This document shows positions 41,276 to 51,417 of a stretch of 64,000 bases of DNA, one piece after another. Where the stretch lies: NCBI GenBank assembly GCA_963674745.2, contig CAXXDV010000003.1, positions 1,984,001 through 2,048,000 on the forward strand, in the 5' to 3' direction. This DNA is from Desulfosudaceae bacterium. Its GTDB lineage: Bacteria; Desulfobacterota; Desulfobacteria; Desulfobacterales; Desulfosudaceae. A program made the position numbers and the translations under genes. Within the stretch, counting starts at the first letter, position 1. The number at the start of each line of letters is the position of its first letter. The notes beneath the pieces are model-generated. The model saw only the letters and a program-made list of their open reading frames with translations, was not told where the DNA came from and searched no databases.

Positions 41276-41554
41276 TCAGGAAAGGTCTTTCTTGAGTCCA
41301 TGAAAGGCCTTCACAATATCCTGGACCGCCTCGTGCATGCCCTCGGCGCCGGAACCGATATCAGTTGTTCTTTTTTTCTCAATTCTGTCCTGAACCCGGG
41401 ATTTGATTTCTTCCAGGTTTTGAGCGTGTTTTTCAAATTGCAGTCGATGCGCTTCTTCCAGGTCATCGATGACATCAGAATTAATCTGTAGGATGAGTTC
41501 GTCTGCCTCAGCCATTAATTGTTCGAGCGTTTTGGGTTCTGAATCACTTGGCAT
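41276..41554 (-). CDS. Hypothetical helical protein
   Basis: AAGGAG RBS before MPSDSEP; in operon orientation. Confidence 0.6.
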   Translation of the reverse strand: MPSDSEPKTLEQLMAEADELILQINSDVIDDLEEAHRLQFEKHAQNLEEIKSRVQDRIEKKRTTDIGSGAEGMHEAVQDIVKAFHGLKKDLS

Positions 41555-41610
41555 AATTTCTCCTTTCACTGCTCCTATTGCTCTGAATGTGGTTCATCTT
41601 ATCGGCACCG

Positions 41611-42639
41611 CTATTGCCTGCCGGAAAGTGATTTAACGCCCAGCGTTTCGATTAACCCGTTGATGTCGGTGGTTTTGAGATTCATTCCACCCTCTGAAAC
41701 CGGCAGCAATATGATGCGCTTACCCTGAATCGCTTCCGCGATTCTCAGTTTTACAATCGCTTCACCGCCCGAACCTGCCAGGGCTTTATTCATTTCCTGA
41801 ATTCCATTCGCCTCGGCAATGCCTTCGGCCTGAATGGCCTGGGCAATAAGAAGCTGCTGTTCCTGGTATACATCGGCCTCAATTTTAGCCTTGAGATACA
41901 CACCGTCGGCATCGGCTATCATCTTGTTGACCTCTCCCTTGGCTTCTTCCAGTTTGCGCTTGTATTCCTCGGTAGCGGCGTGCTGGGCCGACTTGTTCTT
42001 TTCCACCTGCTGATCAGCCACTTTTTTATCTTCAATGGCCTTGGTGTATTCGGGATTGAAACGATAATCGTTGGTCAACACCTTCTCAACGATAATGCCC
42101 ATGGGCCCGAGAATTTCTTGAAGTGCCTGGCGTGCCTTGTCTGACTGGGTTTCACGGGCTTTGGCCACATAAAACGCCTCGGTTTTCAGTTCACCGAAAA
42201 TATCTCGGGGTTTGCTGCGGGCGACCGTTCGTACGATGGTTCCCCGCAACGTCTCATCATCCCGGGCTACATACTGGAGAATGTAAGGTGCTTTATCCGC
42301 ATCGATACGATAAGCGATGATTACATCCAGGCCGATGTCGTTACCGTCGATGGTTTTGAATACCAGGTCATCTCTGGTCCGGCGGTCGCCTCTGCTTTTC
42401 GAAAAGGTCATTTCCAGGTTCTGGAGTTTGGTATCGAACACATGCCAGTCATTAATAAACGGAAGAAAAAAATAAGTGCCGCCCGGGGCATAAATGCGAT
42501 CCTCAACACCCTTCGGTCCCCATAAACCTGTTTTATGGGTTCTGACGCCCACTTCCGTCAGCCCTGTGGTATGGGGAACGCAGGCGTTTACGGTGAGTAA
42601 AGCCATTATCAATGCTATCAAGGTTATGAACCGTTTCAT
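41611..42639 (-). CDS. SPFH/band-7 domain protein
   Basis: N-terminal anchor/lipobox, KTIDGNDIGLDV, AIEDKKVADQ, Ala/Glu coiled coil. Confidence 0.82.
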   Translation of the reverse strand: MKRFITLIALIMALLTVNACVPHTTGLTEVGVRTHKTGLWGPKGVEDRIYAPGGTYFFLPFINDWHVFDTKLQNLEMTFSKSRGDRRTRDDLVFKTIDGNDIGLDVIIAYRIDADKAPYILQYVARDDETLRGTIVRTVARSKPRDIFGELKTEAFYVAKARETQSDKARQALQEILGPMGIIVEKVLTNDYRFNPEYTKAIEDKKVADQQVEKNKSAQHAATEEYKRKLEEAKGEVNKMIADADGVYLKAKIEADVYQEQQLLIAQAIQAEGIAEANGIQEMNKALAGSGGEAIVKLRIAEAIQGKRIILLPVSEGGMNLKTTDINGLIETLGVKSLSGRQ

Positions 42640-43751
42640 TATTTGTCTCCTTTGCGAACGTCGAATAATTGCAGCGTATTATCCAGATTCAACGGGTTGA
42701 CGCCGTGCGGCCCGTCACTGGGCAGGATGATCACATCAAGGCCATGGTAGACGTCGGCCATCTTCAAAGCCACCATGCGTTCGGAACCGATCCCTTTCAG
42801 CGCTTCATTTTTCAGACGCACTTTTTCCGCCTCGGCCAGTTTCACCTGCAGGTCGGCGTTGGCTTTTATCTTGCGGGCGTAAAGGTCCTTTTCAGCAATT
42901 TTGCGGGTGACATATGCCTTGCCGTTTTCAATCTCAACGGCGGCGATAACTTTTCCTTCCTGCACGATCTTTTTCAGCTCAGCCTCTTCTTTGGCCGCTC
43001 GCGCCGCCGACTGGTTGGTAAATACCATCTGGTCCTGAAGTTTTTTGGCCTCGATGTTCTTCTGAATTTCCGGGCTGTATATGAAATAGCGCACCAGCAC
43101 CTGGTCTACCTCGATACCTTTCACCTTCAATTCGGCATTGAGATTCTGTTTGGCTTCCTCCGCTTTTTCAACCCGCATGGGACTGTTGTAAAACTCTTCG
43201 GTGGTCAACTTTCCCAGGGTCTCTTTCAGTGCCGGTTCAGCTTTGGGAATAATGCCGTTGTCTTCAAAGAGATTGCCGGGACCGATGGTGGTGAAAACCA
43301 GATAGGGATCCTTGATGTGGTAAAGCATGGAGACGTCCACGTCCACGAAAAAACCGTCCGAGGTCTGAATGTGCGCGGCCCGATCTTTCCGCGCCGTCAC
43401 CGCGGCGGTTTCGGGGAAATTGGTCAGTTCCAGCACCTGGATACCTTTGGGCAACCGGTACATCTGCTGCAACCCGAAGGGCAACACAAACGTCAGGCCG
43501 GCATGATAAATCTGTTTTTGAACGCCGCGGTTTAAGCCCACCCGGACGACCTTGATTCCATACTCATCCGGCTGCACGTAAACAAACAACAGTTTATAAC
43601 TGACAAATAACAGCACTGCTAAGGCCACCAGGATATTGATTCCTCTGGACAGCCTGAAATTAAACCGGGGGAACCTGAAACGTTCTTTTAATTTGTTTAT
43701 AGAAACTGATATCTGATCCAACTGGTTGTCGGTCATGATTACTTTCTCCAT
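42639..43751 (-). CDS. SPFH/band-7 domain protein
   Basis: TM segment, YVQPDEYGI, QTSDGFFVDVDV, coiled coil; paired with the downstream paralogue. Confidence 0.82.
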   Translation of the reverse strand: MEKVIMTDNQLDQISVSINKLKERFRFPRFNFRLSRGINILVALAVLLFVSYKLLFVYVQPDEYGIKVVRVGLNRGVQKQIYHAGLTFVLPFGLQQMYRLPKGIQVLELTNFPETAAVTARKDRAAHIQTSDGFFVDVDVSMLYHIKDPYLVFTTIGPGNLFEDNGIIPKAEPALKETLGKLTTEEFYNSPMRVEKAEEAKQNLNAELKVKGIEVDQVLVRYFIYSPEIQKNIEAKKLQDQMVFTNQSAARAAKEEAELKKIVQEGKVIAAVEIENGKAYVTRKIAEKDLYARKIKANADLQVKLAEAEKVRLKNEALKGIGSERMVALKMADVYHGLDVIILPSDGPHGVNPLNLDNTLQLFDVRKGDK

Positions 43752-45230
43752 TTAATAAATATATCGTTCGCATATTTTGCGGTAATGATAGCCGTATATT
43801 GAAAACGTTATGGCCATTGATATCAGCCCGGGTTTGCGTATCAGGGTCCAGATGAGCAGTTCCCAATAATAAAACCGCTCCTTCCCCAACACCCCGATTC
43901 GGACAGCGGACCGGACAATTGAAAAGAGTCGTTGAATGTCTATCGGTGTCTTGATTTCAGGCGGTGTCAGTTCGTTCAGTAATGTTCTGACGCGCTGATA
44001 GTAATTTTTAGGAGAATAAATCTGCTTCATAATCGCCTGATACCCCTCAGACAGCCTTTCCAGGCCCATCCGGGGAATAATATTGGTTGTGCCATCGACA
44101 TTATCCCCGGAAAAACGATTGGCAATGCGGCTTTCCCGTTGAAGCCGATCAAAAAGGCGCGTACCCGGAGGCGCCTGGAGCATCCCCACCATAGCGGTTA
44201 CGATTCCGCTCTTCTGAATAAAATCGATCTGCCGCTGAAATATAGAAGGGGTATCGCTGTCAAAGCCCACAATAAAACCGCCCATCACCTGTAAGCCCGA
44301 TCGATGGATGATCGAAACACTTTCCAGCAAGTCACGATTTGTGTTCTGTGACTTATGACATTCCGTCAGACTGCCCTCATCAGGCGACTCGATACCGATA
44401 AAAACGGAATCAAAGCCTGCAGCTACCATCATGCCCAGAAGTTCAGGGTCATCAGCAAGGTCAATGGAGGCTTCCGTGAAAAACACACATCCCTTTTTAT
44501 CTTCACGCCACTTGATCAGAGCGGGAAGTAAAAGCGTTTTAAGATAGCGTTTATTTCCGATAAAGTTATCGTCAACAAAAAATATGCTGCCGCGCCATCC
44601 GGAAGCATAAATGCAATCCAGTTCCGCGATAACCTGTTGCGGCATTTTAAGTCTCGGCCGATGACCGAATAGCGTCGTCACATTGCAGAATTCGCAGTTG
44701 AATGGGCACCCCCTGGAAAACTGAAGATTCATGGACGCATAACGTTTCATTTTTATCAGGTTCCACGAGGGAATCGGGGTGTCGCAAGGGTCGCAGAAAC
44801 CGGAAGCCCGGTAGACGCTTTGGGGCCGTCCGTTTTGCAGGTCTGCCAGAAAAGAAGGAAGGGTCAATTCCGCTTCATCCAGAACAAGATGATCCACCTG
44901 CCTGAATTCTTCAGGTTCTGAAGTAAACAGCGGTCCTCCGGCAACGACCTTTATATTCAAAGCCTTGCAGCGAGCGATGATTTGTTCGGCCGATTTCCGC
45001 TGTACCGTCATGGCGCTGATGAATACCATGTCCGCCCATAACAGTTCTTTATTCGAAAGACGATCCACGTTTACATCCACAAGACGCTTGGACCAGTCAT
45101 CCGGCAGCATGGATGCGACGGTGAGCAGACCAAGCGGCGGGTAGGCCGCTTTCTTTCCGATAAAACTCAAAGCATATGTGAAAGACCAGAAGGTATCCGG
45201 GAATTCCGGGTAAATGAGAAGAATATTCAT
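43752..45230 (-). CDS. B12-binding radical SAM protein (DUF4070-type)
   Basis: FPDTFWSF, PPLGLLTVA, SRGCPFNCEFC, FFVDDNFIG, GFIVGFDSD. Confidence 0.88.
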   Translation of the reverse strand: MNILLIYPEFPDTFWSFTYALSFIGKKAAYPPLGLLTVASMLPDDWSKRLVDVNVDRLSNKELLWADMVFISAMTVQRKSAEQIIARCKALNIKVVAGGPLFTSEPEEFRQVDHLVLDEAELTLPSFLADLQNGRPQSVYRASGFCDPCDTPIPSWNLIKMKRYASMNLQFSRGCPFNCEFCNVTTLFGHRPRLKMPQQVIAELDCIYASGWRGSIFFVDDNFIGNKRYLKTLLLPALIKWREDKKGCVFFTEASIDLADDPELLGMMVAAGFDSVFIGIESPDEGSLTECHKSQNTNRDLLESVSIIHRSGLQVMGGFIVGFDSDTPSIFQRQIDFIQKSGIVTAMVGMLQAPPGTRLFDRLQRESRIANRFSGDNVDGTTNIIPRMGLERLSEGYQAIMKQIYSPKNYYQRVRTLLNELTPPEIKTPIDIQRLFSIVRSAVRIGVLGKERFYYWELLIWTLIRKPGLISMAITFSIYGYHYRKICERYIY

Positions 45231-45265
45231 AAGTGGCGTTCCTTTTCGATTTCAGGTGAATGGGA

Positions 45266-45595
45266 TCAACCATTTTTATCCCTGACTGCATGAACGGCTT
45301 CCATCCCTTCTGATTTGGAAACCGTGTTAATTTGAATGTCCGGGGGTTCGAATAAAAGCGTTTTTATCCCTAACAAAACGCCGAATCGGTGAGATCCTAA
45401 ATAACGGTCCAGATCATCACGGGTCTTCCACTCCTCCAGCACGTTGAACCGGTTTTTGTTTTCGATATCACAAGAAACGGCATAGCTCAGGCAACCGGCT
45501 TCTTTTTCCGTCGACTCGATCATGGAGAGAAGCGTTTGCGTGATCTCCTGATGTTTTTCAGGACGGACATTCATGATAATTTTTACCAGGATCAT
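45266..45595 (-). CDS. Antibiotic biosynthesis monooxygenase (ABM)-family protein
   Basis: EAGCLSY...EEW pattern; GAGAGG RBS. Confidence 0.75.
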   Translation of the reverse strand: MILVKIIMNVRPEKHQEITQTLLSMIESTEKEAGCLSYAVSCDIENKNRFNVLEEWKTRDDLDRYLGSHRFGVLLGIKTLLFEPPDIQINTVSKSEGMEAVHAVRDKNG

Positions 45596-45628
45596 TACCA
45601 ACACCTCTCTACTGAACTGTTTTTTTAG

Positions 45629-45859
45629 TTAATCCATTATTGCAAGCACAGTTCGTTTTTTTGCTTTAGCCGAAACAGCACTTAATATGGTCCGCAGGGC
45701 ATCGGCGGTCCGACCATGCTTGCCGATGACTTTACCGATGTCCGCCTTGGCGACCCTGAGTTCCAGAATTGAGGTATGTATCCCGTCAATTTCTGTAACG
45801 GATATAAGATCCGGTTCAGCAACAATTGATCGCGTTATCGCCTCAACTATTTCTTTCAT
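45629..45859 (-). CDS. khpA: Single KH-domain RNA-binding protein (KhpA family)
   Basis: MKEIVEAITRSIV...LELRVAKADIGKVIGKHGRTADALRTIL; G-rich RBS. Confidence 0.85.
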   Translation of the reverse strand: MKEIVEAITRSIVAEPDLISVTEIDGIHTSILELRVAKADIGKVIGKHGRTADALRTILSAVSAKAKKRTVLAIMD

Positions 45860-45902
45860 GGTCCCCCCCCCTCTTGGTTTACTCCCGGACAAGCGGCGTG
45901 TT

Positions 45903-46184
45903 CTAAACCGTTTCGGCTTCAGGCGGCACAACCTTTTCAAGATGAATAAACGCCACCTTCGCCAGGGCATCCATAACTTTCATAACTTTCTGTTTCGGGA
46001 CCACGGCATTGACAATATTTTGAACCTGGGACCGGGAGTAACCGGCTTCCAGGGTGTCCGGATGCCCTTTTATAATACCCTGATAAAGAACGAAGGCTTT
46101 ATGTATGTCCTTTGTTGTGTAGTGTGCATCATAAGCCGCTGCATACTCCTGGCCTGCTTCTGTCTGTTTCGGGTTGTGTATCAT
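45903..46184 (-). CDS. Hypothetical protein (first gene of the segment 1 operon)
   Basis: GGAGG RBS; 93-aa ORF downstream of the putative sigma-54 promoter. Confidence 0.65.
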   Translation of the reverse strand: MIHNPKQTEAGQEYAAAYDAHYTTKDIHKAFVLYQGIIKGHPDTLEAGYSRSQVQNIVNAVVPKQKVMKVMDALAKVAFIHLEKVVPPEAETV

Positions 46185-46281
46185 GTCGATTCCTCCATTT
46201 TTACAGCGATCATACGGTCGCTATCGTTTGGGTGTATTTACCCTCCCTGAAAAATTATCAGGGCCTTTGATAAGTTATTAA

Positions 46282-46298
46282 CTCAAAATTCATGCCAG
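46282..46298 (-). promoter_or_regulatory. Putative sigma-54 (-24/-12) promoter
   Basis: Minus strand CTGGCATGAATTTTGAG versus consensus YTGGCACGrNNNTTGCW (GA instead of GC at -12); adjacent to an enhancer-binding protein gene. Confidence 0.55.
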
Positions 46299-46381
46299 TG
46301 TTTAAGATCCTGGCTTTTTGTTACGCATCATGCTGATTTATAAAAACGAATCAGGTTTTAAAATTATGACAAGGCAAGTAT

Positions 46382-46430
46382 GGTCAGGCGTGATAAAAGG
46401 GTCACATTTGACCATTGATCATATATGACC
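46382..46430. promoter_or_regulatory. Three tandem GGTCA-N4-TGACC-like palindromes (putative enhancer-binding protein sites)
   Basis: GGTCAGGCGTGATA (46382), GGTCACATTTGACC (46400), GATCATATATGACC (46417), about 85-130 bp upstream of the sigma-54 site. Confidence 0.55.
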
Positions 46431-46548
46431 TTTTTCTGTGGGGTTTTCGAAGGCGTATTGGGAGAGGAATAACGAATGATCGAAAAGGCGTGTCAACTGG
46501 GGTTGACTGGTAAGGTCTGTTCCGTTCAATGCCGGGACGGCGATACCA

Positions 46549-48030
46549 TTAAATCTGTGAGATATTAAGCTTACGCATGCGGGCGCGTAAGGTGCTGCGA
46601 TTGAGTCCAAGGATCTCAGCCGCACCATCTTTCCCGCCAACTTTCCAGTGGGTCTGTTCGAGCACCTGAATGATGTGCTCCCGTTCAACCGCTTCCAGTG
46701 TTTTCCGGCCGGCACTTAAATCCCTGAACGGCTTCTTAAGCTCATCAACCAGACGCAGCTTGGGGCCCGACGAATTGATGACCGCACGCTCAAGGACGTT
46801 TTGCAATTCCCGGACATTTCCCGGCCAGAGATAATTTTGTAACTCATTCATTACTTTCGCCGGGATAACATTAGTGGTCTTGCCCATCCGCTTGGCAATC
46901 TGTTTGACATAAAAATCGACCAGAAGCGGGATGTCTTCCCTGCGATCCCGCAACGGCGGCACGGTAATCGGAAAAACATTTAACCGATACCAGAGGTCCT
47001 CCCGGAAGGCGCCCTTACGGACCTCCTCTTCCAGATTGCGATTGGTGGCGGCGATAATCCGCACATCGACTTTAATCGTGCGGGAGCTGCCTAGCCGCTC
47101 AAACTCGCCGTCCTGAATGACTCTGAGCAGCTTGGGCTGCAGTTCGAGAGGCAATTCTCCGATTTCATCCAAGAAAAGAGTAGTCCCACTGGCCATTTCA
47201 AATCGCCCCAGGTGTCTTGCCTGGGAACCGGTGAAAGCGCCTTTCTCATGTCCGAACAATTCGCTTTCAATCAGGTTTGCGGGCAATGTGGCGCAATTGA
47301 CTTTTATCAGCGCCCGGTTTTTGCGCGAACTCAAGTTGTGAATCGCCCGGGCAACCAGCTCTTTTCCGGTTCCGGTCTCGCCCAGAACAAGAACGGTTGT
47401 GTCGGCTTCGGCAATCTGCTCAACCTTATAGAGTACGTATCGGAGTCCGTCACTTTGGCCGATCATCTGTTCGTGGTTGAAAGCCACTTTAATTTCTTCC
47501 TGCAAATAGGCTTTCTCCGCTTCCAATTGATCCTGTAATTTTTTTATTTCATTAAGAGCGGTTTCCGTCAGATGTCGGCTTTTTTCCGCCTCGTCCCTGG
47601 CATGAACAAGTTCAGCCGTTCGTTTTTCAACGATTTCTTCCAGATTTCTTTTATAATTTTCCCGATCCGTCGCATCCTCAATGGCCAACAGAATCAGTTG
47701 GGTCTGGTTTTCCTCCCGGTAAATCCGTCTGGCGTTTAAATGCATAATTTTCCGACCTATGGTCTCAAAGGTATGCTCCACCTCAAAGTCATGGAACAGG
47801 GAGTTTTGAGGAAGGATGTCTTCGAGTAATTCCCTGAGTTTGGGAATATCCCATTGCCGGTTGCCAAGATCGTAAATTAAAACGCCCTCTGTCTCATGCG
47901 GTTTAACATTGAAGGTCTGGTAGAAGGAAGGATTCGCTTGAATAACCTTCAATTCAGCGTCAAGCACGAGCAAGGGCTCGCGAACCGAATTCAGAAAGTT
48001 GTTAAGAATTTCCATATAGGAATTGACCAC
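46549..48030 (-). CDS. PAS-domain sigma-54 enhancer-binding protein (Fis-type HTH)
   Basis: PAS N-terminus, [51 protein letters not shown]. Confidence 0.92.
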   Translation of the reverse strand: MVNSYMEILNNFLNSVREPLLVLDAELKVIQANPSFYQTFNVKPHETEGVLIYDLGNRQWDIPKLRELLEDILPQNSLFHDFEVEHTFETIGRKIMHLNARRIYREENQTQLILLAIEDATDRENYKRNLEEIVEKRTAELVHARDEAEKSRHLTETALNEIKKLQDQLEAEKAYLQEEIKVAFNHEQMIGQSDGLRYVLYKVEQIAEADTTVLVLGETGTGKELVARAIHNLSSRKNRALIKVNCATLPANLIESELFGHEKGAFTGSQARHLGRFEMASGTTLFLDEIGELPLELQPKLLRVIQDGEFERLGSSRTIKVDVRIIAATNRNLEEEVRKGAFREDLWYRLNVFPITVPPLRDRREDIPLLVDFYVKQIAKRMGKTTNVIPAKVMNELQNYLWPGNVRELQNVLERAVINSSGPKLRLVDELKKPFRDLSAGRKTLEAVEREHIIQVLEQTHWKVGGKDGAAEILGLNRSTLRARMRKLNISQI

Positions 48031-48311
48031 TTGCTTCCCCCCATCCCCTTACGTGTTTGCCTGACATCTTACAGGCTTTTGCTTTAAGCCTATTGGGGAT
48101 ATTGTTACTTTAATATAGTTGCAGTGAAACCGCAATCTAATCCTCCGCATTATTTCTTTGGTTAGTCAAACTTCATGTTGAATTTCGTGTAGGACTTTTA
48201 TTCCAAAATTTACCAAAATGGCACAAAATGAGAAAAAATATAGAATTAAAAAACCGGCTAATATATCAGGTTACCGAAAAATGAGGGGGTTAAGAAGCTC
48301 GGAGGCGGTTT

Positions 48312-48356
48312 CTGAAAATCCCCGTGTCGGCAGTTCGATTCTGTCCCTCGGCACCA
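48312..48356 (+). repeat. att-like direct repeat: exact 45-bp copy of the tRNA-Phe 3' part
   Basis: CTGAAAATCCCCGTGTCGGCAGTTCGATTCTGTCCCTCGGCACCA is identical to 32027-32071. Confidence 0.95.
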
Positions 48357-48720
48357 GCAATAAACATAATTATATCAATTGTTTATCGCGGATTATATGT
48401 AAGCCATTTTTCTTTAGTCCCCTGCCCCGTGTGTGAATCTGTGTGTAAAAAACTTTCGGGCTTGTAAAAAGTGGCAACAGAACAACTCTCGCACAGCCTT
48501 TATTTCTTTAATCATTTCAAGCTTTCATTATTTTTTAAAAAGCAGAAAAATCCGAGCATGTAATCCTTAATCCATAAGACGGCCACACAATCAAATCTGA
48601 GAATGATTATTTTTGTACTTCAACAAAGAAATACCCTATTGCCCTTTACGAAACAAAACGCTGATTAGGAATTGGCAAAAAAACAAGCGCCTATCCTTAC
48701 CTGGGCTTTTTACGGAGCCG

Positions 48721-50514
48721 TCAGGGCGAGGGGATGATAACGGAAAAAGTGCTTCCCTGTCCGGGTGTGCTGCTGACATCGATTTTCCAGCCGTGAATCT
48801 GCACGATGTGTTTGACAATGGCCAGACCCAGGCCGGTGCCGCCCAGCTTTCTGCTTCGTGTTTTGTCCACCCGGTAAAAGCGTTCAAACAGACGCGGGAT
48901 GTGAACAGCCGGTATACCGACACCATTGTCCGCAAAACGGACCGTTATATTACCGTCCCCGGCAGCCGCTTCAATTTTGACCTCGCTGTTCTCCGGGCTA
49001 TATTTAACGGCATTTTCCAACAGATTGATAAAAGCCTGTTCGGTCAGTGAAAAATCCATTAACGCAGTCAGAGCGGGATCACAATCAGTGACAATGCGGA
49101 TATCTTTTTGATCGGCTTCCGGCCGGCAGACATTAACAGCAGAATCAATCACCGTTGAAATCTTCTTCTTTTCAAAATGAAAATCTTTTTTCCTGTCGGC
49201 ATGTTCGATATTGGACAACCGCAACACATCCTCGATTATAGCGGACAGGCGCCGGGCGTTTTTGATGATAATCTCCAGGTAATGTTTGCCTTCCTGGTTA
49301 CCGTTAATGATTGGTTCGGCTAAAAGGGCCTCGGCAAAGCCCTGGATAGAGGTCAGTGGGGTTTTGATTTCATGGGATACGTTGGCCGCGAATTCTCTTC
49401 TCATGTTTTCCAGCTGTCGCATCCGGGTGACATCGTTTAACACCAGCAGGGTACCGATTCGCTGCCCGGTCTCATCGATCAGGGCCGCACTTTTCACGTT
49501 GATGACCCGGGCATCTTCTTCTTTTATTTCAAAAGCAATATCACCCTCGGCTTTCTCGGAACCAGCGGCGGTAGCGATAAATTGCGTAAAATCATGGTTT
49601 CGGATGACTTCATACAGGTATTTGCCCTGCAGTTGACTGCCGCTGTTACCCAGAAAAACTTCCGCGGCATGGTTGCTCTGTAATATCCTGTCCGTCTTAT
49701 CAACCGCGATCACCGCTTCTGTCATGCTGCCGAAAACAGTTTCCAGTTCATTCTTCTGTCGTTTGATAATTTTTATCCGTTCATCGAGCTGTACCGACAT
49801 TTTATTCATTGCTTCCGCCAGGCTGGCCAACTCCTTTGAATCCGGCAGCACCAGCTTGCGCTCAAGATAGCCGGCGGCAAAACGCCGGGCGCCGGCTTCC
49901 ATCTCCTGAACCGGCCGCGCGATCTTTTTCGATACCATCAAACTGACCAGGGCAACCAGCAGCGTTATCAGAAAAAATATTTTAATGATCTCCCATTTTA
50001 CTTCGCCCAGTGCCTGATAAACAGATTTCAAAGGAACCGATGTCCGGACAACCAGCCTGGCCGCACCCTTATCCTGCGGGATTCCGATCGCCACATACAT
50101 CATTTTTCTTTGTAATGTTGCGCTGTAACGGATGGCGCTGCCTACTCCCCCTTTCAAAGCAGCCGCGATTTCCGGCCGGTCCCTGTGATTTTCCATAATT
50201 CGGGAATCTTCTTCCGAATCAGCGAGGACCCGGCCTTCCGGAAGGATGACCGTGATCCGCGTGCCGGAAGCCTCACCTGCCTGCTTGCAGCGTCGGTTTA
50301 TCTCCTGAAGGGAATCTGCTTTAAGAGAAATATCATCAACACGAATATTCTGACTGAACAGGTGTGCCCGGGCAGTCAGGTTTTCCTGTGTCTGGCTGAC
50401 GATAAAGGCATTAAGCAAATTAAAAACAAACCAGACGGTAACCAGCAGAGAAATAACTGCGATAAGAAAATAGGAGGGAAATATCTGAGAAAAGAGTTTT
50501 TTACGTCTGGTCAT
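48721..50514 (-). CDS. phoR: Phosphate regulon sensor histidine kinase
   Basis: MENHRDRPEI, HAMP/PAS, FAANVSHEIKTPLTSI, NLLENAVKY, FERFYRVDK, GGTGLGLAIVKH; next to phoB. Confidence 0.88.
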   Translation of the reverse strand: MTRRKKLFSQIFPSYFLIAVISLLVTVWFVFNLLNAFIVSQTQENLTARAHLFSQNIRVDDISLKADSLQEINRRCKQAGEASGTRITVILPEGRVLADSEEDSRIMENHRDRPEIAAALKGGVGSAIRYSATLQRKMMYVAIGIPQDKGAARLVVRTSVPLKSVYQALGEVKWEIIKIFFLITLLVALVSLMVSKKIARPVQEMEAGARRFAAGYLERKLVLPDSKELASLAEAMNKMSVQLDERIKIIKRQKNELETVFGSMTEAVIAVDKTDRILQSNHAAEVFLGNSGSQLQGKYLYEVIRNHDFTQFIATAAGSEKAEGDIAFEIKEEDARVINVKSAALIDETGQRIGTLLVLNDVTRMRQLENMRREFAANVSHEIKTPLTSIQGFAEALLAEPIINGNQEGKHYLEIIIKNARRLSAIIEDVLRLSNIEHADRKKDFHFEKKKISTVIDSAVNVCRPEADQKDIRIVTDCDPALTALMDFSLTEQAFINLLENAVKYSPENSEVKIEAAAGDGNITVRFADNGVGIPAVHIPRLFERFYRVDKTRSRKLGGTGLGLAIVKHIVQIHGWKIDVSSTPGQGSTFSVIIPSP

Positions 50515-50577
50515 TATCTACACCTCATTTACACCGCCAAAAAGGGTCAAAAAGTTAGCTTGCAATCCATTTCGGGA

Positions 50578-50698
50578 GTGGCTTCGTGAGAAGTTCAAGA
50601 TCAAGGCGCGCAAGTCCCGAGGAATGCAGCGTACTTTTAGTACGTGAAATTCAGAGGGATGCAGCGCAACACAGATATTGGACGTCTCACGAAGCCAC
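50578..50698. repeat. Palindromic intergenic repeat / MITE-like element, copy C
   Basis: Ends GTGGCTTCGTGAGA / TCTCACGAAGCCAC; core TCAAGATCAAGGCGCGCAA...GAGGAATGCAGCGTAC...GTACGTGAAATTC...GGATGCAGCGCAAC...AGATATTGGAC shared with copy B. Confidence 0.85.
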
Positions 50699-50706
50699 CA
50701 TAAAGA

Positions 50707-51402
50707 TTACTCTTCTTTGAAGCGATACCCTACCCCCCTGACCGTCTCAACACAGTCCCCAAAAGGACCGAGCTTTTTCCGCAACCCGGCGATCTGGACA
50801 TCAACACTTCTGTCGGTCACGGCGTAATCCTCACCTTTTATCTTGTCCACAATCTGCCAGCGGGTGAACACCCAGCCGGGGTGTTTGGCAAGCAGGTGCA
50901 GCACATCAAATTCCGTGGGGGACAGCATAATTTTCCCGCGGGCGGTTTCAACCATATGTTTATGGGGCATGATGGTAATCCCGTGAACATGAACCACACC
51001 GCTTTCATCAGCCGGCGTTGACGGACGGGATCTTCTTCTTAGTACCGAACGGATTCTGGCAATCAGAACCCTGGGGCTGAAGGGCTTGGTCACATAATCG
51101 TCCGCCCCTATTTCCAGCCCGGTGATAATGTCCGCCTCCTCGCCTTTTGCGGTCAGCATGACAATAAAAATGTTTTTTAAAACCGGATCGGACTTGATGC
51201 TTCTGGTGACTTCCAGACCGTCAATCCCCGGCATCATCAGATCAAGTACAATCAGGTCCGGCAGTTCGGCCCGGGCAATGGACAGGGCTTTTTCCCCGGA
51301 GGCGGCACACATGGTCGGGTAGCCCTCTTTTTCCAGGCTGACCCGGACCAACTCCAGAATATCTCCTTCATCATCGACGATAAGAATTCGTTCTTTGGCC
51401 AT
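50707..51402 (-). CDS. phoB: Phosphate regulon response regulator
   Basis: ILIVDDE, LDLMMPG, GADDYVTKPFS, RSVDVQI, VETVRGVGYR; pst context. Confidence 0.88.
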   Translation of the reverse strand: MAKERILIVDDEGDILELVRVSLEKEGYPTMCAASGEKALSIARAELPDLIVLDLMMPGIDGLEVTRSIKSDPVLKNIFIVMLTAKGEEADIITGLEIGADDYVTKPFSPRVLIARIRSVLRRRSRPSTPADESGVVHVHGITIMPHKHMVETARGKIMLSPTEFDVLHLLAKHPGWVFTRWQIVDKIKGEDYAVTDRSVDVQIAGLRKKLGPFGDCVETVRGVGYRFKEE

Positions 51403-51417
51403 TGGTCTCTTCTTTCT

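Larger units (their letters stand above)
32072..48356. mobile_element. tRNA-Phe island segment 1 (16.3 kb; putative sigma-54 operon cargo; no integrase seen)
   Basis: Bounded by tRNA-Phe and an exact 45-bp copy of its 3' part at 48312-48356. Confidence 0.8.
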
